Assembly (NCBI GenBank): GCA_002791275.1
Contig: PFWT01000025.1
Location: 1-54,731, forward strand
Direction: 5' to 3'
Source: Candidatus Uhrbacteria bacterium CG_4_9_14_3_um_filter_41_35
GTDB taxonomy: Bacteria > Patescibacteriota > Patescibacteriia > UBA9934
Length of the DNA stretch: 54,731 nt
In this document: in pieces, positions 9,250 through 18,438 of the stretch
Position numbering within the stretch: the stretch's first letter is position 1
Layout: every line of letters begins with the position of its first letter
Made by a program: the position numbers and the translations under genes
Notes under the pieces: generated by a model
What the model saw: only the letters and a program-made list of their open reading frames with translations
The model's database searches: none
What the model was told of the DNA's origin: nothing

Positions 9250-9326
9250 TGGAGCCAACTATCGGATTCGAACCGATGACCTGCTGTTTACAAAACAGCT
9301 GCTCTAACCAGCTGAGCTAAGTTGGC
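9250..9326 (-). tRNA. tRNA-Thr (anticodon TGT), CCA encoded
   Basis: Reverse complement: GCCAACT TA GCTC AGCTGGTTA GAGC A GCTGT TTTGTAA ACAGC AGGTC ATCGG TTCGAAT CCGAT AGTTGGC T CCA. Confidence 0.9.
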
Positions 9327-9537
9327 GTTTAACTAGATTGTGGCAAAACTATATCACAACATATTTTTACTGTCTAGTCCCATGTGGATTTGTTTTAAAA
9401 GCGCTCAATAAATTTGAAAACCTGAATAAATTACCGTTTACAATTTTTGTCCTGACAGAGCAAAATAACAAGCAAGAAAAACACAAACTGATAACTTTTT
9501 AAGCTAAAAAAACTTACCTTTCCGTAAGTTTTTTTGG

Positions 9538-10851
9538 TTATTTTGTGTAAGCGTTAACGTAATCAATCACTGCGCTATCCACAATTACATCCTTTTCCCG
9601 AAATGGTTTTCTGAGGACTAAACCATCAAGCGAAGTGCATCTACTTAACGCCACGTACATCTGGCCGTGCGCAAAAGCCCCCCAACCCATATCCACCAAA
9701 ACTTTATCAAAAGTTTTGCCTTGTGCTTTGTGAATTGTAACTGCCCAAGCAAGTGTAAGTGGGTACTGCCGATAAGAGCCAGTTACCTGTGTGCCAATTT
9801 CCCCACTAACGCTCGGTGAATACTCAAACATTTCCCAAGTGTGGCGATTAACAGGGACAATTTTTCCATTTGCGAGTTCAACATAAATTGCATAAATTCC
9901 CAGTTCTTTTTTTATCTCAGTCACTGTACCTAAAGTTCCATTCACCCATCGTTTTTGCGAGTCGTTATTGGTAAACATTACTCTAGCACCAACTTTCAGC
10001 TTTAAAACATCTTCAGACGGCAGGCGACTAGCTCTAAAATCACCATTTTTCGTTCCGGTTAATTTATATTCTTCACCTTCAAGCTTCTGCAGTTCAGAGT
10101 AATTACGTTGCTCTGCCATTTTATTAGTTGTTGTAAGATGCACAAAATTGGTGTCATCTCCTGGGTCAAAATCTGCGTCATGACAAGTGTCGAGTATTTG
10201 CACATCAGAAGCGGTCATTCGTTTATTTCTAAGGTTATTGAGAAGCTCTACAAACCGATTATCCTGTTGCCTGTAGACTTTTTTTAGTTCAATAAAATTG
10301 ATATCAAAATCTCCAAGCACGTAGGCTGAGAAAAAATACGGCGATCTATATTCCTCCTCAAAAATATACCGCTCTTCGTCTGTAAGCACTGGCGGAAGCT
10401 GGAATAAATCACCAATAAAAATCATCTGCACCCCACCAAAAGCCTCTTTAGGTTTGTTGCGGTTAATTCGAAGTGATTTGTCGATACAGTCTAATAAATC
10501 GGCTCTAACCATTGAAATCTCATCAATTACAATCGTTTCTACTGATTCAAACAGTCTTCGCTTATCAACTGAAGCCTTACGGACGTTTTCTTTTCTAATC
10601 GAGGGGTTGAAACCAAAAAATGAGTGAATAGTCTGCCCTTTCACATTTAAAGCTGCGACCCCAGTTGGTGCTAACACTACAATTTTCTTCGCAGTGTGCT
10701 TTCTGAAATACTGTAAAAGCGTAGATTTACCAGTTCCAGCGTTTCCAGTTAAAAATAGGTGCTCTTTTGTATCCTCCATTATGGCAAGCGCCTTCTTAAA
10801 TTCTTTGCTAATTTTAATCATGTACTTTTTTTGCAGTTTCTTTAAATTCAA
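9538..10851 (-). CDS. PIF1/RecD-like superfamily-1 DNA helicase
   Basis: Walker A GNAGTGKST, IVIDEISMV, FIGDLFQLPPV and the C-terminal VTIHKAQGKTFD motif. Confidence 0.8.
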   Translation of the reverse strand: MNLKKLQKKYMIKISKEFKKALAIMEDTKEHLFLTGNAGTGKSTLLQYFRKHTAKKIVVLAPTGVAALNVKGQTIHSFFGFNPSIRKENVRKASVDKRRLFESVETIVIDEISMVRADLLDCIDKSLRINRNKPKEAFGGVQMIFIGDLFQLPPVLTDEERYIFEEEYRSPYFFSAYVLGDFDINFIELKKVYRQQDNRFVELLNNLRNKRMTASDVQILDTCHDADFDPGDDTNFVHLTTTNKMAEQRNYSELQKLEGEEYKLTGTKNGDFRASRLPSEDVLKLKVGARVMFTNNDSQKRWVNGTLGTVTEIKKELGIYAIYVELANGKIVPVNRHTWEMFEYSPSVSGEIGTQVTGSYRQYPLTLAWAVTIHKAQGKTFDKVLVDMGWGAFAHGQMYVALSRCTSLDGLVLRKPFREKDVIVDSAVIDYVNAYTK

Positions 10852-10866
10852 CCGAAGTATAACACA

Positions 10867-12114
10867 CTAACTTGCAGAATGGCTGCCAGCAATATAACCG
10901 GTTGTCCAGCAAAGCTGAAGTGAAAACCCACCAGATGGTCTATTGATGTGCAAAGTGTCACCAATAAGATAAAGATTTGGATAAATTTTTGATTGCATTG
11001 TTTTGAAATCAACCTCCCGAGGAACAACACCGCCATCTGCAATAATTCCCCACTCAAGACCCATAGTCCCACTTATTGGGAAGCGTAAATCTTTGAGTGT
11101 TTTAGTTAGTAACTTTCGTTCTTCCTTTGAAATTGCGTTCACCTGTTTTTCACCAATCCTAAGTCCTGGCAAAGTTAAAATTACTTCGAGCAGTTTCTTT
11201 TGAAGCAAGTCAGCTAGTACATTCCGGAGCATTTTGTTTTTATTTGCCTCAAACAAATCAAGAATCATTTTATCAAAATCACCAGCTTCAATCCTTGGAA
11301 ACAAATCTATGGACGCCTCAACTTCGCCATCTCTCAGTAGCGTTCCAACTTTAAAAGCAGAATTGATAACTAACGGCCCTGAAATTCCAAAGTGCGTAAA
11401 TAGTAACCGACCCGTTTCTTTAAACTTAACCTTATTCGCTTGAATATATCGCAAAGTCATTTCTTCGAGCAAAGCGCCAGCGAGTAAATGCACCCATTCT
11501 GCTGGTGTTTTAAGTGGGGCTAAATTCGTGTCCGAAGCCTCTACCTTGTGCCCGATCGCAGAAAGCATGTCAAAAATCTCACCAGTTGATCCAGTTTCTG
11601 GCGCCGCTAGCCCACCGGTTGCAATGATAATTTTATTTCCCAGATACTTTTTGCCGTTTGCTATCACCCCAGTAATTCGGCTATCAACTTTAATGATCTC
11701 CGTAACCTCTGAACCAAGTTTAACCCAAACATTACCAGTCTCCTCCACATATTCCTGCAGGATATTTGAAACATCCTCCGCCCTTTCAGATTGCGGAAAA
11801 GCCCGTTTTCTATCTTCTACCATCAACGGCAAACCGCGCCCTTCGAAAAACTCAAAAGTATTTTCCACATTAAACTGAGAAAACGGCGAAAACAAGAAAT
11901 GTTTAGCGTTTTCAAAATTCTCCAAGAAAATTCTATTATCAAACTCCGCATTTGTTATGTTACAGCGTCGCCCCCCGGTAATTTTCAATTTCTTTCCAAG
12001 CTGATCGTTTTTTTCAAGTAACAAAACTCGAGCACCTAGTTCACCTGCGCGCCCAGCTGCCATCATACCTGCGGGTCCGCCACCCACGACAATTACATCA
12101 TATTTAGTTTCCAT
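10867..12114 (-). CDS. FAD-dependent oxidoreductase, HI0933/BaiN-like flavoprotein
   Basis: The dinucleotide fold YDVIVVGGGPAGMMAAG follows Met at 12114. The track's longer N-terminus runs through two terminator hairpins. Confidence 0.75.
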   Translation of the reverse strand: METKYDVIVVGGGPAGMMAAGRAGELGARVLLLEKNDQLGKKLKITGGRRCNITNAEFDNRIFLENFENAKHFLFSPFSQFNVENTFEFFEGRGLPLMVEDRKRAFPQSERAEDVSNILQEYVEETGNVWVKLGSEVTEIIKVDSRITGVIANGKKYLGNKIIIATGGLAAPETGSTGEIFDMLSAIGHKVEASDTNLAPLKTPAEWVHLLAGALLEEMTLRYIQANKVKFKETGRLLFTHFGISGPLVINSAFKVGTLLRDGEVEASIDLFPRIEAGDFDKMILDLFEANKNKMLRNVLADLLQKKLLEVILTLPGLRIGEKQVNAISKEERKLLTKTLKDLRFPISGTMGLEWGIIADGGVVPREVDFKTMQSKIYPNLYLIGDTLHINRPSGGFSLQLCWTTGYIAGSHSAS

Positions 12115-12163
12115 GGCATCACTATGCCACAAACTCAGCTTTTTATAAAGCCAACAATAATAA

Positions 12164-12187
12164 AAGTCCAAGCGGGGACTTGGACTT
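12164..12187 (-). terminator. intrinsic terminator of the 12290..12877 gene
   Basis: Stem AAGTCCAAG/CTTGGACTT with a T-run on the minus strand. A second hairpin, GGTGGC..GCCACC, lies at 12195-12217. Confidence 0.6.
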
Positions 12188-12289
12188 TTATTGCGGTGGC
12201 CGACTAATTCAGCCACCAATTCCTTCTAAAAGGTGTTTAGTAATTTCGCTTACTGCATGGCTCAATCAGTTTAGCGAAACTAAAACCTA

Positions 12290-12877
12290 TTATTTCTTTC
12301 GAAGCTGATCAAAAAGTGCTCTTGCTCCCACTCTATCACCAGCACTTCTAAGTTCGTGAGCTTGTCTAAGAAGTTCTGCTCGTTCACTATCGTTTTCATC
12401 GAACATACCTTGACCCATGTGATCTCCGCGGCCAGCATTTCTACCAACTCCGGCTTGGCCTTGGCCTCGGCCTAACCCTTGACCTTGACCAAGTTCGAAC
12501 GGTGGCTTGAAGCCCATCTCCTCCATTATTGTTTTTGCAGCTTCATCATTGCCTGCTTCGTGCAGATTATGAACCTCGACTAACTTATTAAAGGAAGCTT
12601 CGTCCACAATTTCCGGACGATGTGGCGCATTTTCCGGTAGATCCGCTACCGCTTTCTTAAACGCTTCATAATCAGCGTTTGTAACTGCCTCTCTAATCGC
12701 GTCGTGCTCTGGTCGCATTTCAGCAAAAGCTGGGCGGTTATTTGTAGTTGATCGCGCTCCTCCGCCATCGTAGGCGAGCGCAGTTCCAGTCGTGATTACG
12801 ATTAGAACGAGTGCGATTACAGGAATCGCTAAATAATTTCTGGTTGAAGTTACACTATTTTTAATTTTTTCTCGCAT
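12290..12877 (-). CDS. secreted or membrane-anchored helical protein with a Gly/Gln-rich insert
   Basis: N-terminal TM/signal segment, then charged helices and GQGQGLGRGQGQAGVGRNAGRG. It is the last gene of the sigma-factor operon. Confidence 0.6.
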   Translation of the reverse strand: MREKIKNSVTSTRNYLAIPVIALVLIVITTGTALAYDGGGARSTTNNRPAFAEMRPEHDAIREAVTNADYEAFKKAVADLPENAPHRPEIVDEASFNKLVEVHNLHEAGNDEAAKTIMEEMGFKPPFELGQGQGLGRGQGQAGVGRNAGRGDHMGQGMFDENDSERAELLRQAHELRSAGDRVGARALFDQLRKK

Positions 12878-12886
12878 AAATAAGTA

Positions 12887-13789
12887 TTAATAATTACGCA
12901 TTTTCTGCAAAGAACTATACGGCCGTAAGTCCTTACACTTACTACTACGCATCTCATCTGAATTTATTTCACACCCGCTCGTTACGCAGTCTTCGATGTG
13001 TTCAAGAACAAGCGGTTTCGCTCTTTTTACGTTTACCTCCGACATTTTTAAACCCCAGGGCATCACAAAACAGGCGTGAAACAATTTCGTACCTCCGTCC
13101 GCTTCAGCCACACCTATAATTCGCACCCGACTAAACTCAGCAATGTTTTCGAAATCTTGCGCCCTTAAGTCACTCGTATCTATTTGCCAATTCTTACCAT
13201 CAAGCGCCACAAAATTATAAGCCGAAGCTGGCTCAAGCTCGCTATTAAATTCATTGAACGCTCCAGCGAGTAGTCCGTTTTCAGGGTGAAGCCAAATTGC
13301 TTCCTGATGCTCAACAACCGTGTCGTGAAAAGGCACTCTGTTACCGATCACCTCATCAAATAGTTGACCGAGCCCGAACACATAGAGGAAAACCCCGAAA
13401 ATTAAACTACCAATAACGCTACAAAACAGAATAAACGGAATTGAGTAGCGATAACCCTTGGTAGTGTGCCGAATATTCTCAAGACCAATGTAGAGAAAAA
13501 TACAAAGCACCAAGAGCCACATATATGGCATAGACTCAATAAAGAATCTAAAAAATGAATCGTGTGTTGCTGAATAATACTGCCAACCGGCGTTAAATAG
13601 AGTAAACAGCGACGAAGCAAAAGCGATCGCCCCTATCTGAACCGAAAACACCCAGATTAACCAAAACAAAACGTTTTTACCAGAATATTTCCATTTGGCA
13701 TTTGGAGTTACCTTTTCCGTTTCCAGTCTTTCCAGAATTTTATCCGCAAAGCTTGGAAAATCATTCGATTGTTTTGAATTATTTATCAT
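12887..13789 (-). CDS. multi-pass membrane protein, candidate anti-sigma factor
   Basis: Short cytoplasmic N-terminus, about 4-5 TM segments and a Cys-containing C-terminal domain. Its ATG overlaps the sigma gene stop (ATGA). Confidence 0.55.
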   Translation of the reverse strand: MINNSKQSNDFPSFADKILERLETEKVTPNAKWKYSGKNVLFWLIWVFSVQIGAIAFASSLFTLFNAGWQYYSATHDSFFRFFIESMPYMWLLVLCIFLYIGLENIRHTTKGYRYSIPFILFCSVIGSLIFGVFLYVFGLGQLFDEVIGNRVPFHDTVVEHQEAIWLHPENGLLAGAFNEFNSELEPASAYNFVALDGKNWQIDTSDLRAQDFENIAEFSRVRIIGVAEADGGTKLFHACFVMPWGLKMSEVNVKRAKPLVLEHIEDCVTSGCEINSDEMRSSKCKDLRPYSSLQKMRNY

Positions 13790-14370
13790 ACAGTTTTTTC
13801 TTCAAACTGTTTTAGGTGTTTACGCAAGGCTTTTTTCGCTCGATGCAAGTTAGTTGCCACGGAGCCAGTTGGTATTTTCAAAATATCCGAGATTTCGAGA
13901 TATTCCCTTTCTTCAAAGTAACGAAGAATGATTATATCGCGATATTTTTGACTTAATTTGTTCAGAGCCTCGTTTAAATACTCGGAGTTTATCTGTTGCT
14001 CGGTGCTCCAAGTAGTGTCGCCATCTGCCTGAATGCGCTTAAGCGCCTCTTCGTTATCACTTACATAGTAACCCTGTGGCCTGCGACTATTTTTTCTGAA
14101 AAAATTAATTGCCTCGTTGTGCGCTATTCGATAAATCCAGGAAGAAAAGGTTAATGACGTGTCAAAACTGTTTAAATTTCGATAACATTTCAAAAACACA
14201 TCTTGCAAAACATCCTCCGCATCCTGATTTTGATGGATGCCGAGGCGTTTTATATATCTCAGAAGTTTTTCCTGATATCTCTCGATGATGATCGCAAAGT
14301 CGCTCTGAAGAATCAGTGCTCTTAGCACAATCTCCTCATCAGGAAGTTCAGCTAATCTGGGTTCATTCAT
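13786..14370 (-). CDS. ECF-type RNA polymerase sigma-70 family factor
   Basis: Region 2 (DAEDVLQDVFLKCYRNL, SWIYRIAHNEAINFFRK) and region 4 (YRDIIILRYFEEREYLEISDILKIPTGSVATNLHRAKKAL). Confidence 0.85.
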   Translation of the reverse strand: MNEPRLAELPDEEIVLRALILQSDFAIIIERYQEKLLRYIKRLGIHQNQDAEDVLQDVFLKCYRNLNSFDTSLTFSSWIYRIAHNEAINFFRKNSRRPQGYYVSDNEEALKRIQADGDTTWSTEQQINSEYLNEALNKLSQKYRDIIILRYFEEREYLEISDILKIPTGSVATNLHRAKKALRKHLKQFEEKTV

Positions 14371-14467
14371 AACGTTCTACCTACTAATACACCTTTGCAG
14401 ACTTTTTCTTTCAACGCAACCCCAAACATCATCCACGATTTAATTATTTTGCAATAATTAGTATTTT

Positions 14468-16291
14468 TTAATAGATTCTTGGTAGCGTTATTACAAACAT
14501 TACACCCTGAGGCTTATTTTTCCTGGCGTAAATATTACCTCCATATCTTTCGATAGTTTTTTTGACAATATAAAGCCCTAGTCCAATATTACCCGTTTCT
14601 CCATATTTAAAGCCTTCCTCAAAAATTTGATCCATTACCTCCTCTTTAATTCCTCGCCCTCTGTCGGCTACCGTAATTTTAATATGACTTTTCGATTCCG
14701 ACATTTCGATATAAACAAAATCTACTCCGCTGTGAATTTTGGCATTTCTGAATAAATTTTCAAATACAGACTTCAAGGCTTCGTCGGCATAAATAACAGC
14801 ATCACCATTTATGATAGCTGTCATACCCTGCTCCTCTGCCACTTCTTTTAGGATTGGCACCAGTCTCTGCTCTGTTAATTCTGAACCAGATCGAACAGAT
14901 AACTCCAAATCTCTCATCTGATGCACGAGGTCAACTCCATACAAGGTTTCGGTATAAGCTTTTTTTACATCCTCATCTTTCTGAATTTGATCCGACATTT
15001 CAAGAGACGCACGAATGTTGGTTAATTTCCCTAATATATCGTGTCTCAATGTTTTATTTATGATTCCCAGTAATTCATTTAAATCAACCGATTCTTTCTG
15101 TGCTCTAATTCGTTCATTTATAGTTCTATGAATTATAAATGTTAAAAACACAATAATCATCAGTAATAATGAGTCTAAAACAACAATTCCTTTTAGTGAG
15201 TTCTTTGAGGTTTTAAAAATGTATTCTTGCGGAATACGAGAAACCAAAATCCAATAATGATCTTTATCAGCCAGCAGTACTTTATTTAGATTCTGAGCTT
15301 TGAGAAAGTCGCCGTTAGGTGCTCTTGTAGTTTCAAGCGGGTAAATTTTTCTAAAAGTGTATAAACCATTTTCATTAATAATTTGCCCACTATTCTTACT
15401 ATTTATTTGATCCCAAAATTTTGGATTTGAAACCTTCATAGTCCGACCCTGACCATTTTCAAACATAAAACCCCACTCCTTCGCTGCATTCTCTGACACA
15501 AACCAGTAACTGTCCTGATTAAGCATCGAAAACTCATCGTTTCTTGCGGTAAAGTAAGTTTTTAAAGAGTCAAGCAAGAATTTTCCAGAGTAGTTTAAAA
15601 CCACAACCCCAGACTTTTCCCCCTGACTATCAAAAACTACACCACTAAACCTAATTACAGGCTTAAAGGGTTGTTCGATCTTATTTTGATTTACATTTAA
15701 ATCAAAATGGGAAATATAGGCTTCACTGCTATTTAAATTCAGCGAATTTAAATAATAGTATCGATCACTCTTATCTTGAAGCTCAGACTCATCTACAACT
15801 CTAGGTTCACCATTTTGAAGATCAACCCGTATTTTTTCCATTCCGTTTATATTAAGTAGTCTTGTTTCAAGGTAGGGTCCTTTTATACGACTAAATTCCG
15901 AAAATTCCTGCTGTAATTCAATCAGAGCCTCGTTTTGTGTTTGTTTGTTCTGGAGAGAGGCCTCATCTGCAGACAATTCAAAATCCTGATCTGAGCCCGC
16001 TTCTTTATAACTCAGGGCATCGAAGTACTTTTTAATCGCGCCGTGCGATGACATTAAAAAAAGATCAGAAATTGCAGAGTCAAGTGAGCTATATATATAC
16101 CGCTCAGCTGTATCCATTTTATCTAATTCTGATAGCTCTGTTAATTTCAACTCGTTGTTTCTTTCAATAAAATAAACAATTCCGGTTACTGCTGAAATAG
16201 CTATAATAGAAATAAATATAATCGTGATTGAAATCAACCACGGTGTAAATACGATAGAATTTGTAATTTTAGCCCCCTCCTTTTTTTGCAT
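14468..16291 (-). CDS. sensor histidine kinase with a large extracytoplasmic domain
   Basis: Two TM segments flank a loop of about 330 aa. H-box LRHDILGKL. ATPase motifs FRNAKIHS, DRGRGI and GLGLYIVK. Confidence 0.8.
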   Translation of the reverse strand: MQKKEGAKITNSIVFTPWLISITIIFISIIAISAVTGIVYFIERNNELKLTELSELDKMDTAERYIYSSLDSAISDLFLMSSHGAIKKYFDALSYKEAGSDQDFELSADEASLQNKQTQNEALIELQQEFSEFSRIKGPYLETRLLNINGMEKIRVDLQNGEPRVVDESELQDKSDRYYYLNSLNLNSSEAYISHFDLNVNQNKIEQPFKPVIRFSGVVFDSQGEKSGVVVLNYSGKFLLDSLKTYFTARNDEFSMLNQDSYWFVSENAAKEWGFMFENGQGRTMKVSNPKFWDQINSKNSGQIINENGLYTFRKIYPLETTRAPNGDFLKAQNLNKVLLADKDHYWILVSRIPQEYIFKTSKNSLKGIVVLDSLLLMIIVFLTFIIHRTINERIRAQKESVDLNELLGIINKTLRHDILGKLTNIRASLEMSDQIQKDEDVKKAYTETLYGVDLVHQMRDLELSVRSGSELTEQRLVPILKEVAEEQGMTAIINGDAVIYADEALKSVFENLFRNAKIHSGVDFVYIEMSESKSHIKITVADRGRGIKEEVMDQIFEEGFKYGETGNIGLGLYIVKKTIERYGGNIYARKNKPQGVMFVITLPRIY

Positions 16292-16331
16292 AATTTATTT
16301 AATAATATCACAAAAAGTTCAAAGAAAAAAA

Positions 16332-16913
16332 TTACTCAAGTTCGATGTCAAAACCACTTAGTAATGAAATAGCTTCAGGTAAAGAAAACCGCGCTCCTTT
16401 AATTTTATTTGTTGCCGGATTAATAGAATAATTTTTTGCGGACCGAAAATCTGCTTTTTCTAATCTTGCCAAGTGAAAAGAAGAACCAGCCAAATCACAG
16501 TTTTGAAAATCTACTTTTTGAAGATCGGTTTCAAAAAAAGTGCAGTCCCGAATTATAATCTCGCTCAGTGTTGAAACAGTCATTTTTGTCATTGAAAAAT
16601 TACAGGTATCTAGCAGACTCTTAAAAAAATGCAGTTCAAAAAAACCAGACGAACATTTAGAAAAGTCAACTCCAACCAGTTTTGAATTTTTAAATATTAC
16701 ATTTCTAAAACTTGCATCCAAAACCTTAACCGGCCCCACACTGCAATTTTCAAAACTGCAATCGGAAAATTCCGCTCCACTTAAATCACAGTCTAAAAAA
16801 GTGCAACTTATAAATTTGCACTTTTCAAAAATTTTATCTTTCAAATCGCTCGAAAATATAACCCGACCATTAAATAGCTGATCTTCAAATTCATTCTCGG
16901 CAAATATATCCAT
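16332..16913 (-). CDS. pentapeptide-repeat protein
   Basis: Pentapeptide periodicity is visible, for example FISCTFLDCDLSGAEFSDCSFENCS and FQNCDLAGSSFHLARLEKADF. Confidence 0.8.
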   Translation of the reverse strand: MDIFAENEFEDQLFNGRVIFSSDLKDKIFEKCKFISCTFLDCDLSGAEFSDCSFENCSVGPVKVLDASFRNVIFKNSKLVGVDFSKCSSGFFELHFFKSLLDTCNFSMTKMTVSTLSEIIIRDCTFFETDLQKVDFQNCDLAGSSFHLARLEKADFRSAKNYSINPATNKIKGARFSLPEAISLLSGFDIELE

Positions 16914-16943
16914 AATGTATCCGGATTAAACTCGATCTTAAAA

Positions 16944-17168
16944 TTAGTCTTCATCAATCAACAATTCTGCGTTTAGTAATTCATCCAAATGTTCAACAGC
17001 CTCTTCGGCAGCTTCAATTTCTCTGTCTCTTTGCTCAATAAGTGCCTTCGCAAGCGCCTTAACATCCCCTTCTTCCATCACATCAACCAAGCTAATCAAT
17101 CGTTCTTTTTCTTCCTCAATAAATGTTGAATTCTTAATTAGTATCTTCAAAGCTTCTTGTGAAGTCAT
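16944..17168 (-). CDS. hypothetical acidic helical protein (74 aa)
   Basis: An open frame tightly packed between neighbours, 4 nt downstream of the 17173 gene. No motif was recognised. Confidence 0.5.
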   Translation of the reverse strand: MTSQEALKILIKNSTFIEEEKERLISLVDVMEEGDVKALAKALIEQRDREIEAAEEAVEHLDELLNAELLIDED

Positions 17169-17172
17169 ATAA

Positions 17173-17742
17173 TTAATCCTTAAAATGATTTATTGCCACT
17201 CGCTCTTCAACTGAAACCTCCATGCTTTCTTTATACACCTTTCGAAGTTCAAGTGCCATAGCTTTTAATTTTGGAAAATCCGCATATAACTGAAACGAGC
17301 TTTCAATGGCGTGCGATGGTAAAAGTCCGAGAAATAAAGGCTCTAAAAATTCAGTCAATACTGCAATCTTAACTGAAACATCTGGCGTGAGTTCAATTTT
17401 ACTCATTTTAACCAGTCCCAGATCTTCACCAGCCAGTTCTGCCATTTGCCGTTGTCGTTTATATTGAGCTCGCGCCAAGATTTTCGCAATGTCTGCTCCC
17501 CAAGACACCAGATCTCCAACTCCAGGCACTGTATCGGCAACCGAAATAAGCGCGTTTAGAGTGGTGCGCATCACCGCTTCCCTACCCTCTGCAAACTCAG
17601 CGTTTAAAAGCACCACTGCCAAAGCCTCCCGGACCGCTTTAACCCGAGCCACCAGCTCCAAAGCCCGAGGTTTAGCCTCAAACTCAGCCTCGCTTGATTC
17701 CTCCACCTGAGGCATATGCAAACCTTCACGTCTTTCACCCAT
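17173..17742 (-). CDS. hypothetical protein (189 aa)
   Basis: Longest frame in the interval, first gene of a three-gene minus-strand run. No motif was recognised. Confidence 0.55.
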   Translation of the reverse strand: MGERREGLHMPQVEESSEAEFEAKPRALELVARVKAVREALAVVLLNAEFAEGREAVMRTTLNALISVADTVPGVGDLVSWGADIAKILARAQYKRQRQMAELAGEDLGLVKMSKIELTPDVSVKIAVLTEFLEPLFLGLLPSHAIESSFQLYADFPKLKAMALELRKVYKESMEVSVEERVAINHFKD

Positions 17743-17850
17743 AAAAATACAATTATTTCTTATGAACTACATAATATCACAATATTTAACCTAAATCCCC
17801 CTATTGCCAAAATTCAAAAATTAAACTATTATGGGCACACAATTGAATAC

Positions 17851-17926
17851 AGGGGAGTAGCTCAGTTGGTAGAGTAGTGGTCTCCAAAACCATTGGTCGC
17901 AGGTTCGAATCCTGTCTCCCCTGCCA
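17851..17926 (+). tRNA. tRNA-Trp (anticodon CCA), CCA encoded
   Basis: AGGGGAG TA GCTC AGTTGGTA GAGT A GTGGT CTCCAAA ACCAT TGGTC GCAGG TTCGAAT CCTGT CTCCCCT G CCA. Confidence 0.9.
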
Positions 17927-17930
17927 AAAA

Positions 17931-17955
17931 ACTTTCGCTTACGCGGAAGTTTTTT
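17931..17955 (+). terminator. intrinsic terminator after tRNA-Trp
   Basis: 8-bp stem ACTTTCGC-TTAC-GCGGAAGT followed by TTTTT. Confidence 0.7.
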
Positions 17956-17994
17956 ATTAAGAGTTATAAGAGCCGTACCAACTGTGTTTTATTT

Positions 17995-18178
17995 TTACAA
18001 CATCTGACAAACTAAACAACGCACCAAACCGTCATTCTGAGCCAAACGTGAACCACGGCGAAGAATCTCATTATTGGATCACTGAGCAAATGTTGGTTTA
18101 GTAAAGGGCGAAGGAGATCCTTCAGCCAAATTCGACGCCCGCTTCAGGATGACGGTATGAATATGGGGTGAGGATACA
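17995..18178 (-). repeat. composite intergenic repeat, copy A (inverted relative to copies B and C)
   Basis: 18108-18155 is the exact reverse complement of 54438-54485 (48/48). 18029-18068 is one 47-bp-type subunit (CCGTCATTCTGAG..GTGAACCAC..GAAGAATCT). Confidence 0.85.
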
Positions 18179-18362
18179 CTGCTCCGTGAGACAAAACAGG
18201 GATAGGAGTGTGGAATATAAACATTTTGTGAGGTCTATTTCTCCGTCTTGGCGTCTTGTATATGCCCAAAAACGCCCAGTACCTGCGTGCCTGTGGCAAC
18301 GCTATTGTTACAAAGTAACGTATTTATCTTTCAAAACGATTGTGTTTATTATGACAGTAATC

Positions 18363-18395
18363 AAAAACCATCTTCCGAAGAAAATGGTTTTTATA
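18363..18395. terminator. AT-rich hairpin terminator downstream of the lipoprotein gene
   Basis: AAACCAT..ATGGTTT stem flanked by A and T runs. Confidence 0.45.
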
Positions 18396-18438
18396 AAAAA
18401 TAGATTAAATAACCGCACCGGTAAGTTTTTTATTGATC

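Noticed and set aside
10848-11072. Short antisense or alternative-frame ORFs nested in longer conserved genes (for example 10848..11072, 2324..2551, 3362..3601, 7974..8363, 24807..25271, 36531..36779 and 48159..48554).
   Set aside because: Each lies entirely within a longer ORF that has recognisable family motifs or better expression signals. None has its own SD or promoter.
12115-12219. N-terminal extension of the flavoprotein ORF (track start 12219).
   Set aside because: The extension runs through two hairpins that serve as the terminator of the upstream gene. The Rossmann motif follows directly after Met 12114.
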